Source of the DNA: Phoronis australis
Lineage: Eukaryota > Animalia > Phoronida
Direction: 5' to 3'
DNA: 64,000 bases
NCBI GenBank assembly: GCA_002633005.1
Contig: NMRA01000487.1
Span: 62,001-126,000, forward strand
Every line of letters starts with the position of its first letter. Position 1 is the stretch's first letter. Under the pieces are notes generated by a model. That model was not told the DNA's origin. It saw nothing but the letters and a program-made list of their open reading frames with translations, and did not search any database. A program made the translations under genes and the position numbers. Below, piece after piece: positions 1 to 11,840 of the stretch.

Positions 1-612
1 GTGAATTTGCTGAATATAAGTCAAAGAACTTTGCAATATTGAACTTTGAACAGGTCGGATTAGAGTCCATGGGGCAGTTCTTTGAAAAGTCTATTGTCTT
101 TTAACTTTTGGCAGTTTCATGAAATCATAACTCGAGGCCAAAAGACAGAAACCCATAGCATACTCTGGAGCAGACTTAAAGACAAAGGCAAAAGACAAAA
201 AATTAACTTTTGGATATAGACTCTTTGAGAAACAGGCACCAGAGGGCAGTTTAGTGAAAAGTGACTTGAGACTTGAGTGTGAGATTTTGGCTTACTGCTC
301 CCCCTAAACAATTACAAAATAAAGTTTATGCAATATAATTGTAAGGACATCACAATTTGGATATAACTTATGAAATTTAACTGAACAACAAGGAATTACG
401 GGTATATTTTAGAGACTACATACTTCAGCTGAGGTGAGAAAAAAATATTTTTCAGAAATAGTTGTAACAGTAAGATGAAATTCTTGACTTAGCTCACTTT
501 TCATGAAACAGATCCCTGGAAGGTAATGAATTTCTATTTCTTCAAAAACATTAAATAAATCTCAAACGTCAGAAATGGAGTCACAGCAGCAATCCATGAG
601 ATTCTTACAAAC

Positions 613-2658
613 CTTTTCGAGCTCTGGCACGGTTCTCGAGCAGTAGATAAGTTTGGAAATGACAAGGGGGTAGGCCTTCTGGTAGGACAGAATGAGAGAG
701 AGAAGAGACACCGTTTTACCCGTCCCCGAAGGCATCTCCAGCACACAGTGACCCTAAAAGTGGGAGATAACATAGACTCATAAATGTCAAAAGAGTCATT
801 TTTATATTTTTCAAAGGCTGATTATGTTGCTACAAATAATGGAAACTTTACTTCCCAAATGCTGTTTTATGACATCGCTCTAGTACATATCAACTAAAAA
901 TTTTCTTAATTTCTATTTCTGATGAGAAATTTGACTTTTCACTGTTGCATCATATTGTAAGCTAGACATGTGAATAGTTGGTATATTCTGTATTGAACTT
1001 TTCACAACCATAAGAAGAGTTGCGACCGACCAAACTCTATGTCTGCTAAACACAAACCCTGCGCTTATAAAAGCATCTAAGGCCTGCAAATACAAATTCT
1101 GGAAATTATGTTCTAGCCTTGATTTTATGGCACAAATAAATTTCTTGCCCACAAAGTTTTGTTTAACATTACGTAAGACCCTATAAAATGTCCAAATTCA
1201 GCTAACTTCGGAACATCATACCTCACAAATGGCTGATCAGATTAACATTAAACTTTCACATAATATGCTTTATATATTGTTCTTCAAAATGGTTTAGGAA
1301 TTGTCTTTAAAATGATCCACTTTTGGTGGAGGGACTATCAAAAATAGGAATTCGTGATTTTCATAAAAAGTTGCATAAAATGAAAACACAAGATGCTTTA
1401 GAAAACTGTAATGACATTTTCTAGGTTGAATCTTGAACATTTGTATCGAATGAAATTTCAACTTTCAAAAACGAAATTAGTTGACGGAGGCTACAACTGC
1501 CTAAAATAACCAGTGTTTTGGAGATACCTTTGCATCCAGGGTTCGCTTGAGTTCTTGCATGTACAGAAACTGCTCTGGGTAGATGTAGTCATAAGGAAAA
1601 TACACAAGCAGCCCGTCAATGTTCAATCTGAAAAGTGAACGGAAAAAGCAGTTCAAACACCTTGCCCGTTACAAACTTGGCCTGTAATGCTGCCGTATGT
1701 ACCATGTCAATAGACTTGTATACAGATTGCAGTAGACAAGAATTCTTCGATATCAGGAACTAGCTTCTTTCGTGTGGAGCAGGGAAATTGGCTATTTTTA
1801 ACACTATGTGCGCCCGGAGATATGATGTCATATCTCCAGGTGCACGCAGTGTTATGTCAGTTGCCGATTTGGGCAAGTCAACGAAGGACTGTTTGAAAAA
1901 AGTTTGATCACGGGAGTATTTGATCGAGTTGAAAGGAATTAAAGGCATTGACAGCCTCCTAAAGTGTGCCTCTATGTGCAAAGTTACTTATAGCAATGTG
2001 ACTTTGATGGTTTAATCAGAGTGAGGCATAATTTGTTGAAAAGCTTCAGGAGTATGAAGGGCCTATGGGGGCATCACTGTCTCTACTGCTAAGTAGAAGC
2101 AGTGGCACTGTTTAATTACTGATTAGATTGTCACTTGTATTCTTTGAACAGTGCAGAGCGGACGTTTGGCATTTTTGTCTTTGTTGTATGGTCGCCACTC
2201 CTTATGAGAAATCCAGGAAAACGATTTGCAAATATGCCATCACTTGCATTTTCCAGTGGACACTTTCGCTTGTGTCGAGCACTGGATGGGAAAACATGAA
2301 ATCGGCAGCAAAATGGCCACTGGCACTGGTCGGATATGACGATCCTTGATTTAGGGAACCAGTTTGATCTACTGACTAACCATAAACGGTGAATGCCTAG
2401 ACTAGAATTAGGCCCTAGTTGTCTAAATCAGACCACTGGCATTGCGATCAGGCCCAAACCGCAACACTAGTCACTACATTACACTACACTACAGTACAGT
2501 CTACGTCATTGTATGTAGACTACACTCTACAGACAGTATCGGCGCTATCCGACCAGTGACGATTTAATTGAGTTAATCATTCTAGTAAAGACAAACAGGT
2601 ATTCTCGGTAGATTTAAAAGCTTCAATGATATTGAATTAATGTTTAAGCATACTTCAT
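613..2658 (-). CDS. ERCC2: TFIIH helicase XPD, 5' coding exons 1-3 (gene continues beyond window start). Exons: 2654-2658, 1528-1627, 613-753
   Basis: Spliced translation [35 protein letters not shown]|[47 protein letters not shown] is the XPD/Rad3 N-terminus with Walker A (GTGKT) and motif Ia (YCSRT). All introns are GT-AG with consistent phases. Confidence 0.97.
1163..1470 (+). mobile_element. Truncated copy of the Kolobok-like family
   Basis: Shares blocks with 21473-22017 (ggctgat..gatt..aaactttca; aggaattgt; ccactttt..gaggg.ctatcaaaaatagga; aaagttgcataaaa). Confidence 0.65.
1770..2112 (+). repeat. Interspersed repeat also present as head-to-head copies at 38050-38530 and a fragment at 38605-38676
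   Basis: ggtttaatcag.gtgaggcataatt...gaaaagctt...tatgaagggcctat...tctctactgctaagtaga...gtggcactg is shared with 38053-38146; 38173-38530 is the reverse complement. Confidence 0.75.
2324..2558. mobile_element. MITE of the CACTG-terminal family in ERCC2 intron 1
   Basis: Termini cactggtcggata ... tatccgaccagtg (13-bp perfect TIR). Confidence 0.65.
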
Positions 2659-2689
2659 GTTGAAAAATCGCGTCACCACGACTACAACA

Positions 2690-2830
2690 CAGCGACTTCC
2701 AGTGCAAGAAATGTGTTTACAACAGCATGTTCGTTGACTTCCGGTAAAGTAAAGTGCTGTCATCTGGCGGTGAGAAACTGTTAGGCCGCGGCCGTCAGGC
2801 GCGGTGTCTGTTACGTGACGTCTGCTGAGT
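2690..2830 (-). promoter_or_regulatory. Probable ERCC2 promoter
   Basis: CpG-rich, immediately upstream of the ATG; ETS site ACTTCCGG 2737-2744, CTCF-like motif 2754-2771, CRE-like TGACGT near 2816. Motif matches only. Confidence 0.5.
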
Positions 2831-4269
2831 GCCTTGTTTTGGTCCCGCCGGAGAAGCTACAGGCTACTCGACTATATTTTTGAGTGAGGTGCAGATGGAA
2901 AATTAGGATACGCACCTATTTAGAGAGTGGACATGAAAGAAAGATAACAATGATCATTTGGCGGCTTCCACTCACGAGGGCTCGATCTCCTCAGTTCCCG
3001 GGCCCGGAGCCGCGGCCGCGGGTGACACTGCAGTGCAGGGACAGCAAGAAAGACATGGATCAGTATACGAACCCTTTCGCAGGGACCCTATGACAGTTGA
3101 ATTTTTAACCCCGGCATTAAGCCCAAAACAGTATAGTACGTGCCATCGCCATGGGTGCCATGGTGTCAGACGGTGCACTGGCTCTGTTCGATCAGTCACA
3201 GAACTAAACCCCCGATTTCACTCATTTGTGAACCATTTTGTTAGTTGTTGGAAAGGATACGTGCCCTTCTAACCGTCACCTCCCGGTGTTCATAGGCTGT
3301 TGGCTACGGGAGCAGCAGGCAGCCAATTACGACTGTCCGATCGCACTACGGTTAATTCTGGAGTCGGCGGCCAGGCCCCGTAGACTGAGCGTCTTTGCCG
3401 GGTCCAGCCATTGAGGAGTTGCCGGGGTCCACGCCGTCTGTTGGTCTCCCAGCAAAATGAAAACTGAGCTGCGTTCCGTTGCAATCACAGGTTCGGACAT
3501 CGGCGGGAGCGGGGGCGTCAGAGTGATTCCAGTTGACCCGCGGGCATATCGTAAGGCTGGACCCGACCGCGGGGGTAGTCAACTGAGAATTACCCTTTTG
3601 TTCCTTTCCCCGGCTATCTCTGGTGCTGTCAGTAACCACGGTACAAAATTGAAATTTGTCGTAAAAACCACAGAGCAGCAAAGACAATTTTATGAGCGCG
3701 CTCCGCGTCATCGGCGTACAGAAAGTTCATTGACGCACGTCAACTGTGCCTGCTAACACGGGAGGGTCAACAGGCGCACTAAAACCGGCTGTCACGGCAA
3801 TGACGCCTGATTTAGTATTCTTGGACTAATGTGCATTGCATTCAGAATTTACAACTACAATGTTGGTCAAAACAACAATTTTCTCGACTATATGGAGTCT
3901 AGCATATATTGCGGAATAGATCATAACTCATAAGTGGAAAGTACTTCTACATGTACGCTCCGGGGTACGACAAGGTCAGGAAGGAGTGGTTCGGCTCCGT
4001 CTTTGAAGCTGGTGACGATCGACTATAGACTGATTGCCGCGACCACTGAGAAAAGGATACCGCCCTCTGAATTGTCAGTGGTTACCGTAACCGTAGCTGA
4101 TTGGTCGACGATTTTGATTCACTACGTCATTTGATAATACCAGTGGCGGATGTTCGGGAGTGCGAATGTCTGACTGGCAAAATCCTGACCAACACTCTGC
4201 CCTGGCCCCCCTAACTCAAAATCCTGGATGATCCGCCCCCCGAATACCCTCCAAAATGAGTGGACTGGC

Positions 4270-4700
4270 TGCCGGAAACCATACAAATCTGGCTATCCTC
4301 CGAACGTCATAAAAAGGTTGTATAAATTTAATGAAACTTTCGGCTGACAGTTTGATTTATGCACTGTTCTCCACGACACTGTTAGAAGTTTTTTAAATGG
4401 TCCACTTTGCACGAGGGGCTATCAAATAATAGGATTTCTATCGTGATTTATCCCGAACTACGTTTACTTCAAATTTGGTCATGTTATTGATACCTTTACT
4501 TGCTATCAATCAACCTGTCACTTTTGCTTAAGTTTACCGAAAGACATGATTACATGACAAATTCATGGAAGATTGGTAAATAGCCGAAATTAAGCTCTGC
4601 AAGCTATCCACTTTTAAAAAATTACTCATTTCTAATGTAAGGTTTTTCAGGAATTGGCAAAGTACACAGACTCGTCAGTAAGGTCCTGCATACTTTTTAC
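4270..4700 (+). mobile_element. Diverged copy of the Kolobok-like family
   Basis: atgaaactttc, ccactttgcacgaggggctatcaaa and 3' end ggtcctgcatact align to 21473-22017; boundaries approximate. Confidence 0.6.
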
Positions 4701-5024
4701 AAAGTGGTGAACTCTTGAGAAGAGTTCTTTGAAACCCCAGCAACTGCTGCCTGAAGGCTAATTTAGTGCGTTCTCGAGAGTTCTGGATTCAGGATAGCAT
4801 CCCGCACAAGACCCACGGTAAAACCACGGACCTCTTGGAAAAAAACTTGATTTACATAAGTAAACGAGGCCTCTGGAGCCACAGTGAGTTTTGTGCTTAT
4901 GAAAAATATAGTGCATATATTATGAATATATTTGATAAACACTCCAGAACTATGCAGATAGCTGGATGTATGATTACTGATTAAAACAAGTAAGTCAAGA
5001 TACTAGACTTTTTAAAAGTCCACC

Positions 5025-7306
5025 CTATTGAGGTGAGTCTCTTGTTTTCGGAACGCCACAGCAGAAAAGTCTCCGACAAACTTGTAAAAAGCCAAAAATT
5101 TCTTGATTTTTTCTTCTGAAGTGTATCTGCTTAATTTGTTGCCAAGATGATTGCTTGGTTTCCGCTTGGCTATCCATAACCGCGTCCAAGGCATCGTTAC
5201 TCTGCATCTCTTTCATGTTTGTAACGCCAGGGTACCCAAGACCATTGTCTTCTTCACTAGTCTCGTCGAACAGGTAAATTTCATGGACGACTTGCTGGAT
5301 AACTAGCACGACGTGTGTGTTATAATATTCGTCACTAATTAATGGTTCATTGTCATCCTCTTCCACAGAGGAAGTGGACAGCATGTCCTATAGATCTAGG
5401 ACTGGATTCAGTATCCCGTCATCTTCTGCAGAGGAAATGGATAACGTGTCCTCTAGATCTAGGATTAGTTTGAGTGCCCTGTCATTTTCCTGCACAGAGG
5501 AAGTAGGAAGGGTGTCCTCTAGATCTAAGACTGGTTTGAATGTCCCGTCATCTTGTTCTACAGAGGAAACGGGAAACGTGTCCTCTAGATCTAGGACTGG
5601 TTTCAGTGCTCCGTCATCTACAGAGGAAGTGGATAGCGTGACCTCTAGATCTAGAACTGGCTTAAGTGTCACGTCATCTTCTACAGAAGAATTGGAAAGC
5701 GTGTCCTTCAGATCTAGAGATGGTTTGAGTGCCTCTTCATCTTCTTCTACAGACGAAGTGGATAGCATGTCCTCTAGATCTAGTTTTAGCTTGAGTCTCC
5801 CGTCATCTTCTACAGAGGGAGTGGAAGGCGTGTCCTTTAGATCTAGAACTGGTTTGAGTGCATCGTCATCTTCTATAGAGGAAGTGGATAGCATGTCCTC
5901 TATATCTAGGACTGGCTTGAGTGTCCCACAATCTTCTACACAGGAAGTAGAAATCGTATCCTTTAGGTCTTGGACTGGTTTGAGTGTCCCGTCGTCTTTC
6001 ACAGAGGAAGTGGAAAGCTTGTCCTCTAGATTTAGAACTGTCTTGAGTGTCCCGTCATCTTTTTCTACAGATGAAGTGAAAAGCGTGTCCTCTAGATCTA
6101 TAACTGGTTTGAGTGCCTCGTCATCTTATACAGAGGAAGTGGATAGCATGTCCTCTAAATCTAGGACTGGCTTGATTGTCCCATCATCTTCTACACAGGA
6201 AGTGGAAATCGTATCCTTTAGTTCTTGGACTAGTTTAAGTGTCCCGTTATCTTCTACAGAGGAAGTGGAAAGCTTGTCCTTTAGATCTGTTCTCCTCAAG
6301 CGTCTCGGGCATTTCACTCAACAGTGCTTCTTTATTAAAACCAATCTCTTTGGCAACTCTATCTTCGGTACAGCCCACCGTTCCAGAGATTTTTCTATCG
6401 ACATTCATTGTCGCCTTGTCACTCTCGTAGCACTCGGGCGGAGTGTCACAGTGAACCTCCTCTTCAAAATCATTAATTTTGTCAGGTAGAACATCGCTCA
6501 GTCCCACGACGACGCCTTGGGCTGGTTTAAGTGCCCCTTCCTCTTTACACGTGTTCTCTTGCTTCTCCGTATCATTAATGGGCGGAACGATTGGAGTTGG
6601 GGTAGGGAAGGAATTGGGACAATCATTTCAGTGGACTGATCAATCATACAGTCGGGATGTAATCTTCTTCAGGCGGCTTTATTGATTCACTCAGGACAAG
6701 CAGCACCAGTTTAGCGTCTTTCCTATTAATTTTTTTGGGTCGATGCATGCCGTTAGTCACCAATTGCCAGGATGTCACGTGGTACTTTCTCATGAGCAGC
6801 AAGCAGGGCCTTGTCATCTGTGTAATCAACCGTTTTGGTCCATTCCTGTTCTTGGACGCCCGCTGCCGTGAGGTCATCGCCATGTTCTTTATGTGCTCCA
6901 AACGTGAGACATTTCAGTCAACAAAACCGTCTCATTGAGAGGAAGCTCTTTTACAGCCACACCGTTGTGAGGGGCACACGACTATGCAGAGACTGCCCGT
7001 GACTCTCATTGTCATTTCGTTGTTATCATGACAACAGCGGATGTCGTGGTGAATATTCTCTTCAACATTCACGGGGCAACTTATTTTCTCAGGCAGGACC
7101 TCGTCCTCAAAACTGCTGTTGTCACCGTCACAGTAGGCAAATTTATCGCCATCTCCCACGACAAACTGGTGGAGCGAACAAGTATAGTCGTTAAATGCAG
7201 CTCCATATTTCTTAACACTGTACCAAATATAGGTAATTAACAGCGAGAAATACTCACAGAATAGTTTCCAAACCTTTTCAAGCACCTTTGACACTTGAAA
7301 AATCAT
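5025..7306 (-). pseudogene. Decayed intronless gene for an acidic, repeat-rich protein with hydrophobic N-terminus and C-terminal RRLFCCG motif
   Basis: caaaATG start at 7306. Consecutive D/E-rich minus-strand ORF pieces (6932-7306, 6644-6901, 6247-6507, 6126-6317, 5388-6002, 5025-5384) are joined by frameshifts and by two in-frame stops at Glu positions of the repeat (TAA 6126-6128, TAG 5388-5390). No family recognised. Confidence 0.55.
5350..6287. repeat. Coding-type tandem array, about 15 units of 60-66 bp (consensus approx. TCATCTTCTACAGAGGAAGTGGATAGCGTGTCCTCTAGATCTAGGACTGGTTTGAGTGTCCCG)
   Basis: Directly visible. Units read SSSTEEVDSMSSRSRTGLSVP (+) or LKPVLDLEDTLSTSSVEDDGT (-). Units 9-11 recur as units 13-15 (higher-order duplication). 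Most units contain the palindrome CTAGATCTAG or a near match. Confidence 0.95.
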
Positions 7307-7469
7307 TTTGAAACGAACTACGAATAGTATACTTCATCAATCATGCTAAGTCTCAAATTAAAAGCGTCACTAGCAGAAATCTACCTGCGTCTCGTGAATA
7401 ATTTGATCGAGCGGTGTTAAAGCTAATTTCATGTCTTCAACAAAAGTTGGCATTTATAGAAAAAATAAG

Positions 7470-7945
7470 ACCTTTTCGATAGGTCTGTGTTAGTCAAGTA
7501 TCTCCACGTTTATATATTTTACTCTGAAAGTGGTGAAAGTGGAAAGCTACAGAATTTGGTTTGAGGTTTTTTGACCAGCTGTGGTTAATTTGGCTATGTG
7601 ATCATCCCAGAGGTACATCTGTAGCAAAACAAAGCAATCAACAACATGACAAAATTTCATTTGATATAAATGATTAATAGGAAAACTCAAAGTCGCTATT
7701 GCGGTTTTCTAAAATTATCATTTCGTTTTCGATTCATGCAACTTTTGATTTTTTTTTTTTGAGAATCATAGAAGCCCTATTTTTAATAGCCCCTCTTGCG
7801 AAATTGGAGCATTTTAAAAACAATTCCCAAAGAGCATTGAAGAACGTTTTATGAGGCAAAGTATCTGAAAGTTTCATGCGAATCTGATCATGATATTCCG
7901 AAATTTAGGTAAATTAAGCTATTTTTCTAGGGTCCTACATAACCG
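7470..7945 (-). mobile_element. Inverted diverged copy of the Kolobok-like family (another partial inverted copy at about 8500-8723)
   Basis: Reverse complement reads ttatgtaggacccta...atgaaactttcagata...gcaagaggggctattaaaaatagg...aaagttgcat. Confidence 0.6.
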
Positions 7946-10900
7946 TATCCGTAACACCCTGGATGGGTGGTACGCAAGTTGAGTCTCTCCATTATATATT
8001 GCTCAGGCCAGTTACAAGAGTAGAAATTGGGACATATCAACAAAGAAACAGCAGTAGAAATGCCCGTTATTTTTCTTTTCTTCTGTTTTAGTTAACCGAT
8101 TTTAAAAATGAAAATATTCAGTTTCGTGTTTATAATATGCAGTGTCTGAAACAGTAGGGAAACAACGTTGTCACGAAAAGGCACTGATCATCACTTACTC
8201 CCATCTCTGTTTCCTAATCCCCAAACTAAAGAAGCCTGCCAAACGTCTTCCATCGTGACATCATTTGGTGGGAAACTTGGAAATAACCAATTTTTCTTTA
8301 AGATTAAAAAATTCTCGTTTATTTGGCGTAGTAAGTGCTTATTTAAGTTTAGTGGTATTCATTTCATATTAGCGAACTGAAACTGAAGTCGAAACGTGTA
8401 GTGGCAGGTACAAATATAGTGTATCAGTATCTATCATAGCTAAACGGTATCAATACAGAGATCAAATTTTGTTTAATTTAAATGTTCAAGTTAAAATCTT
8501 AAAAACTCCTTTTTCATAAAAACACCAAAAGTTGGTAACTTTCTTTAGCTTATCGTCCAAAAGTGAAACATTTTAAAAAAAAAAACACCTAAACGCCTTT
8601 TTGACAAGAGTGTACAAAGCATTCAAATCTGAAAATTTCAAATAAGTCCGATCAGGTATGTCAGAGTTCCGAAATTAGCCAAATTTTGGCCATTTTTCTG
8701 CGATTAATTTGTCATAACCTTAAAGAACTTTGGGTGCCTGGTATTCTGAGAAAGGTGCTGATATTTTATAGGCAATGGTTAGCTACTCAGTTGTCTAATG
8801 CTGTCTACCGATGCATATACATTTGTTCGAGTGAACTCGCTTTGCATCTCTGAGGAGAATTAGTTAGCTGCTTCATTATAGAAACATAGTTTGACGTCAT
8901 TTCATTTCAGCTTTTAATTAAAATTGTCTGTATCCTGCATTGTGCATGTATAATTCAGAAATGGCGATTTCAATAAACTAAGTTTTCCGACCCGTGTTAC
9001 CCGACTGTCAATTTCGTCGACACAAATTTCACGCAATAGGAGGATTCGCCTGTTACAATGAGAGCCAAGAAGCCACGGCCTAACAAACTACATTGAACAC
9101 TGCCACAACCACAAAAAGCGGATATTTTTTGTTTGTTTTTTCGGAGGGGGGTACATTTTTCTACGCTTATGATTCGGGCAAACCTACAGGTCGTATGCAA
9201 CCCCGAACATTTAAATTCATAAAAGCCTAAAGACAAGACACTGTGTTAAAGCTGTTTAATTGTGCATTTCTTGATAGAAAACCATAACAGTTATTCATAT
9301 TTGTTACACTTAGTACCGTCAAAACTTAGTTTTGGAACTAAACTTTTTTCTGTCGTATCTATTCATTGTGAGAGTAGGTACTTCGTGTAACAGTCCACAA
9401 ATTGTCCCCTGAATAATCATTATCAGCCTTAACACCTCTGACTGTAATTCCGAGTCAGTCATCCATGACGAAGGCTGATCGGCTCGAAAATTTGATTGGA
9501 AAGTACCGTTAATTTGGGAATTTAACTTGAAGCGCCAACGTCAGGTGGTTTTCGTTCCTGAGCCTTTTTTCATTCCGAAATTAAGTTAGCGAAAATTTTT
9601 TGTATGGTTATTTGGTATGTCTTATGTATCCTTTTTAAAAGGATTGATTTGAAAACTTTTATCCGGGGGAAGTAAACGTTTCATAACTTACTGCAAAATA
9701 GTTCTCGATTCTCAAAAAATAGCGCCTATTTACTGGGTTATGTTAGGTCTTTGGAAAACCACAGTTGAATAATTCGACATCCCGAGGCCGCGGCATTCAA
9801 TATCTGTGTTCACGGACCAACTCACTAAGCTTACTGTTATTTCTTCTTCTAATTCTATTTTATGTATTCCAATATTTTTACGTGCAGCATACCGTGAATA
9901 ATACGCTTGCAAGGAAGTCACGCATTTCTAAAGATATGCGGGAATTTTCACCGCTCGTCCTTCTGAGCGGGTTATACCAGGAATCAGGTACAAATTGTGA
10001 TGACCATTACCCGATGCGAGCAAGACTCAATTAAATGTAATTATCCGACCATAAACTGTATTAAACATCTCTGAGTGTACATAATGGCAAATTTTCACTA
10101 ACTTTCATTATAAGCGAACACCACGACAGAATTCATCTGAAAAAAACAACCAAGTACGGTTTTCCATTTTAAAAAATCGATGAACTAATAATCTAAAGCG
10201 CGTATTGATATACTCGGTGGATATACAAACGCTGATCAGAGCTAACAATGTCACATGGGTTCGGTTTTTAATGTTCTTTCAATCTCGTTTAACCAGATTT
10301 TTGACCAGGAAACAGTTGTTGTGCCCACTTTTCATTTTTTATTACTGACAAAGAGCTAGAATAGTTATATAGTCAGTGCCACCGAAATTGTTCAGAGATT
10401 CCAAATCTTCAGTTTGGTTATCACCATATTTGCACTTTTGAATATATTTTATGATTTGAGTTCTAATCAAGATTAAACTTTAATGACACGTGAAATGTTT
10501 AGTGTACCTGTAATGAGGTAAGTTTAGGGATGGGCTCACAATGAACTTAAATAATTAAGTTTAACTGACGATCAAAATCTACCACTGTTTTTGCCGGGTA
10601 CTTAAAGTTTAGATAAGAAGTTATTAACCCGTTCCCGGTACGAAAAAAAAAACAAGTGGGCAGAAGCATTAAAAATTAAATAAAGAAAACCAATATGAAA
10701 CTTATCGTTCCTTTGGGAAGTGGCTCTTTGTGAAGATAAACACAAGTTAACCTTTTTAGTCATTTTGTAATATTTATAATATACCACGTTAAAACTACTC
10801 TCCGACAGAGCTGCTGGCTATAACTCGGCAAATGTCAGAGAATACCAAATTGGGGGTACTAACAACAACCATTGTTGAGACAGTAATGCTAGCAATTACC

Positions 10901-11840
10901 TTTCCACTTCATTAGCTCAGATCTACATCAATACAAAGGGTATGCTGAATAGGCATCGTAAAAATTGTCTGGGGCTTGCTTAGGGAATCAGAGCGATCAC
11001 CAATACTGTAAGCGAGAAATTCTCCACGGATACGGACACACCGGTCCTCATTATACGCACGCGAAGCACAATATTATACTTGACAAATAGCCTACGGTGG
11101 AAAAAAATCTAGTGACCAATTTTTTTTAACTGACAGGGGAGAAATTCTTTATTGTGGTGTGGGATTCGAGTTAGGGAACGGGTGGTGAGTGGGCAGCCCG
11201 GTTTGGTGCGGAGTCCTACTAAGCCCAGAGACATCTGACCCCTGGTATGTCGACTTTTTTGATTTGTCAAAATTTTTGGTCAGTCCAAAAATTTTCTTTT
11301 AACATCAGTATTATCCCCCGGTGACCGGACACGTTCTGAGCCGGGGCGGGGACTAAAGCTGAACCGGCACGGAGACGGCGACTAAATAAATGAGACGCCG
11401 TCAACACTGCCGTTCATACTGCTTAGAGGATACACGGACGTTTTTCATTCGAAAATTGCAGTGTGTCCGTACCCTCTTACGACATCCTAGATAAACCACA
11501 GTCGAGAATGAGTAACCCCGCACCGGCCACCCCCGGCCGCTCCCCAGGCCGCTCGTGGTGTTTACTGGGCCTACTCTTCCGCTTGCATCTTGTGGCTACT
11601 CAGTCACTGGCACTGGACCGTGACAGTGTGCCTGTCCCCGCCTTCCGCCCCAACAGCCGTAAAAAATAAAGTTAAATCATCCTTATGTTTTTGTGTTTTA
11701 ACTTTGTTGTCTTGTATCACATAAGCCCAGCACCGTGGTCAGTGTCGCGGTCCAGTCTGTAATATAGCTCGAATGATGTCCCCTGTTCATGAGCACATTT
11801 CATCGTATTGCTATTGCCTTTCCTCATTGCGCGGGAAAAG

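Noticed and set aside
1519-1527. U12-type intron at the ERCC2 exon 2 donor (gtatctcc)
   Set aside because: Does not match the GTATCCTT consensus and no U12 branch point was recognised near the acceptor.
2958-3272. 104-aa plus-strand ORF divergent from ERCC2
   Set aside because: TTG start, no recognisable homology, and open frames are expected in GC-rich promoter DNA.
5388-6128. Programmed stop-codon readthrough or recoding in the minus-strand repeat ORF
   Set aside because: The stops are single G-to-T changes of Glu codons (TAA and TAG), accompanied by several frameshifts nearby. Neighbouring genes use the standard code, so decay explains it better.
5350-6287. CRISPR-like array (regular spacing, internal palindrome)
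   Set aside because: Entire units are homologous with no unique spacers, there are no cas genes, and the context is eukaryotic.
4270-7945. Composite transposon: inverted Kolobok-like copies flanking the orphan gene
   Set aside because: The two copies are highly diverged from each other, each looks like a separate element, no shared outer TSD is visible, and the family is common enough for chance flanking.
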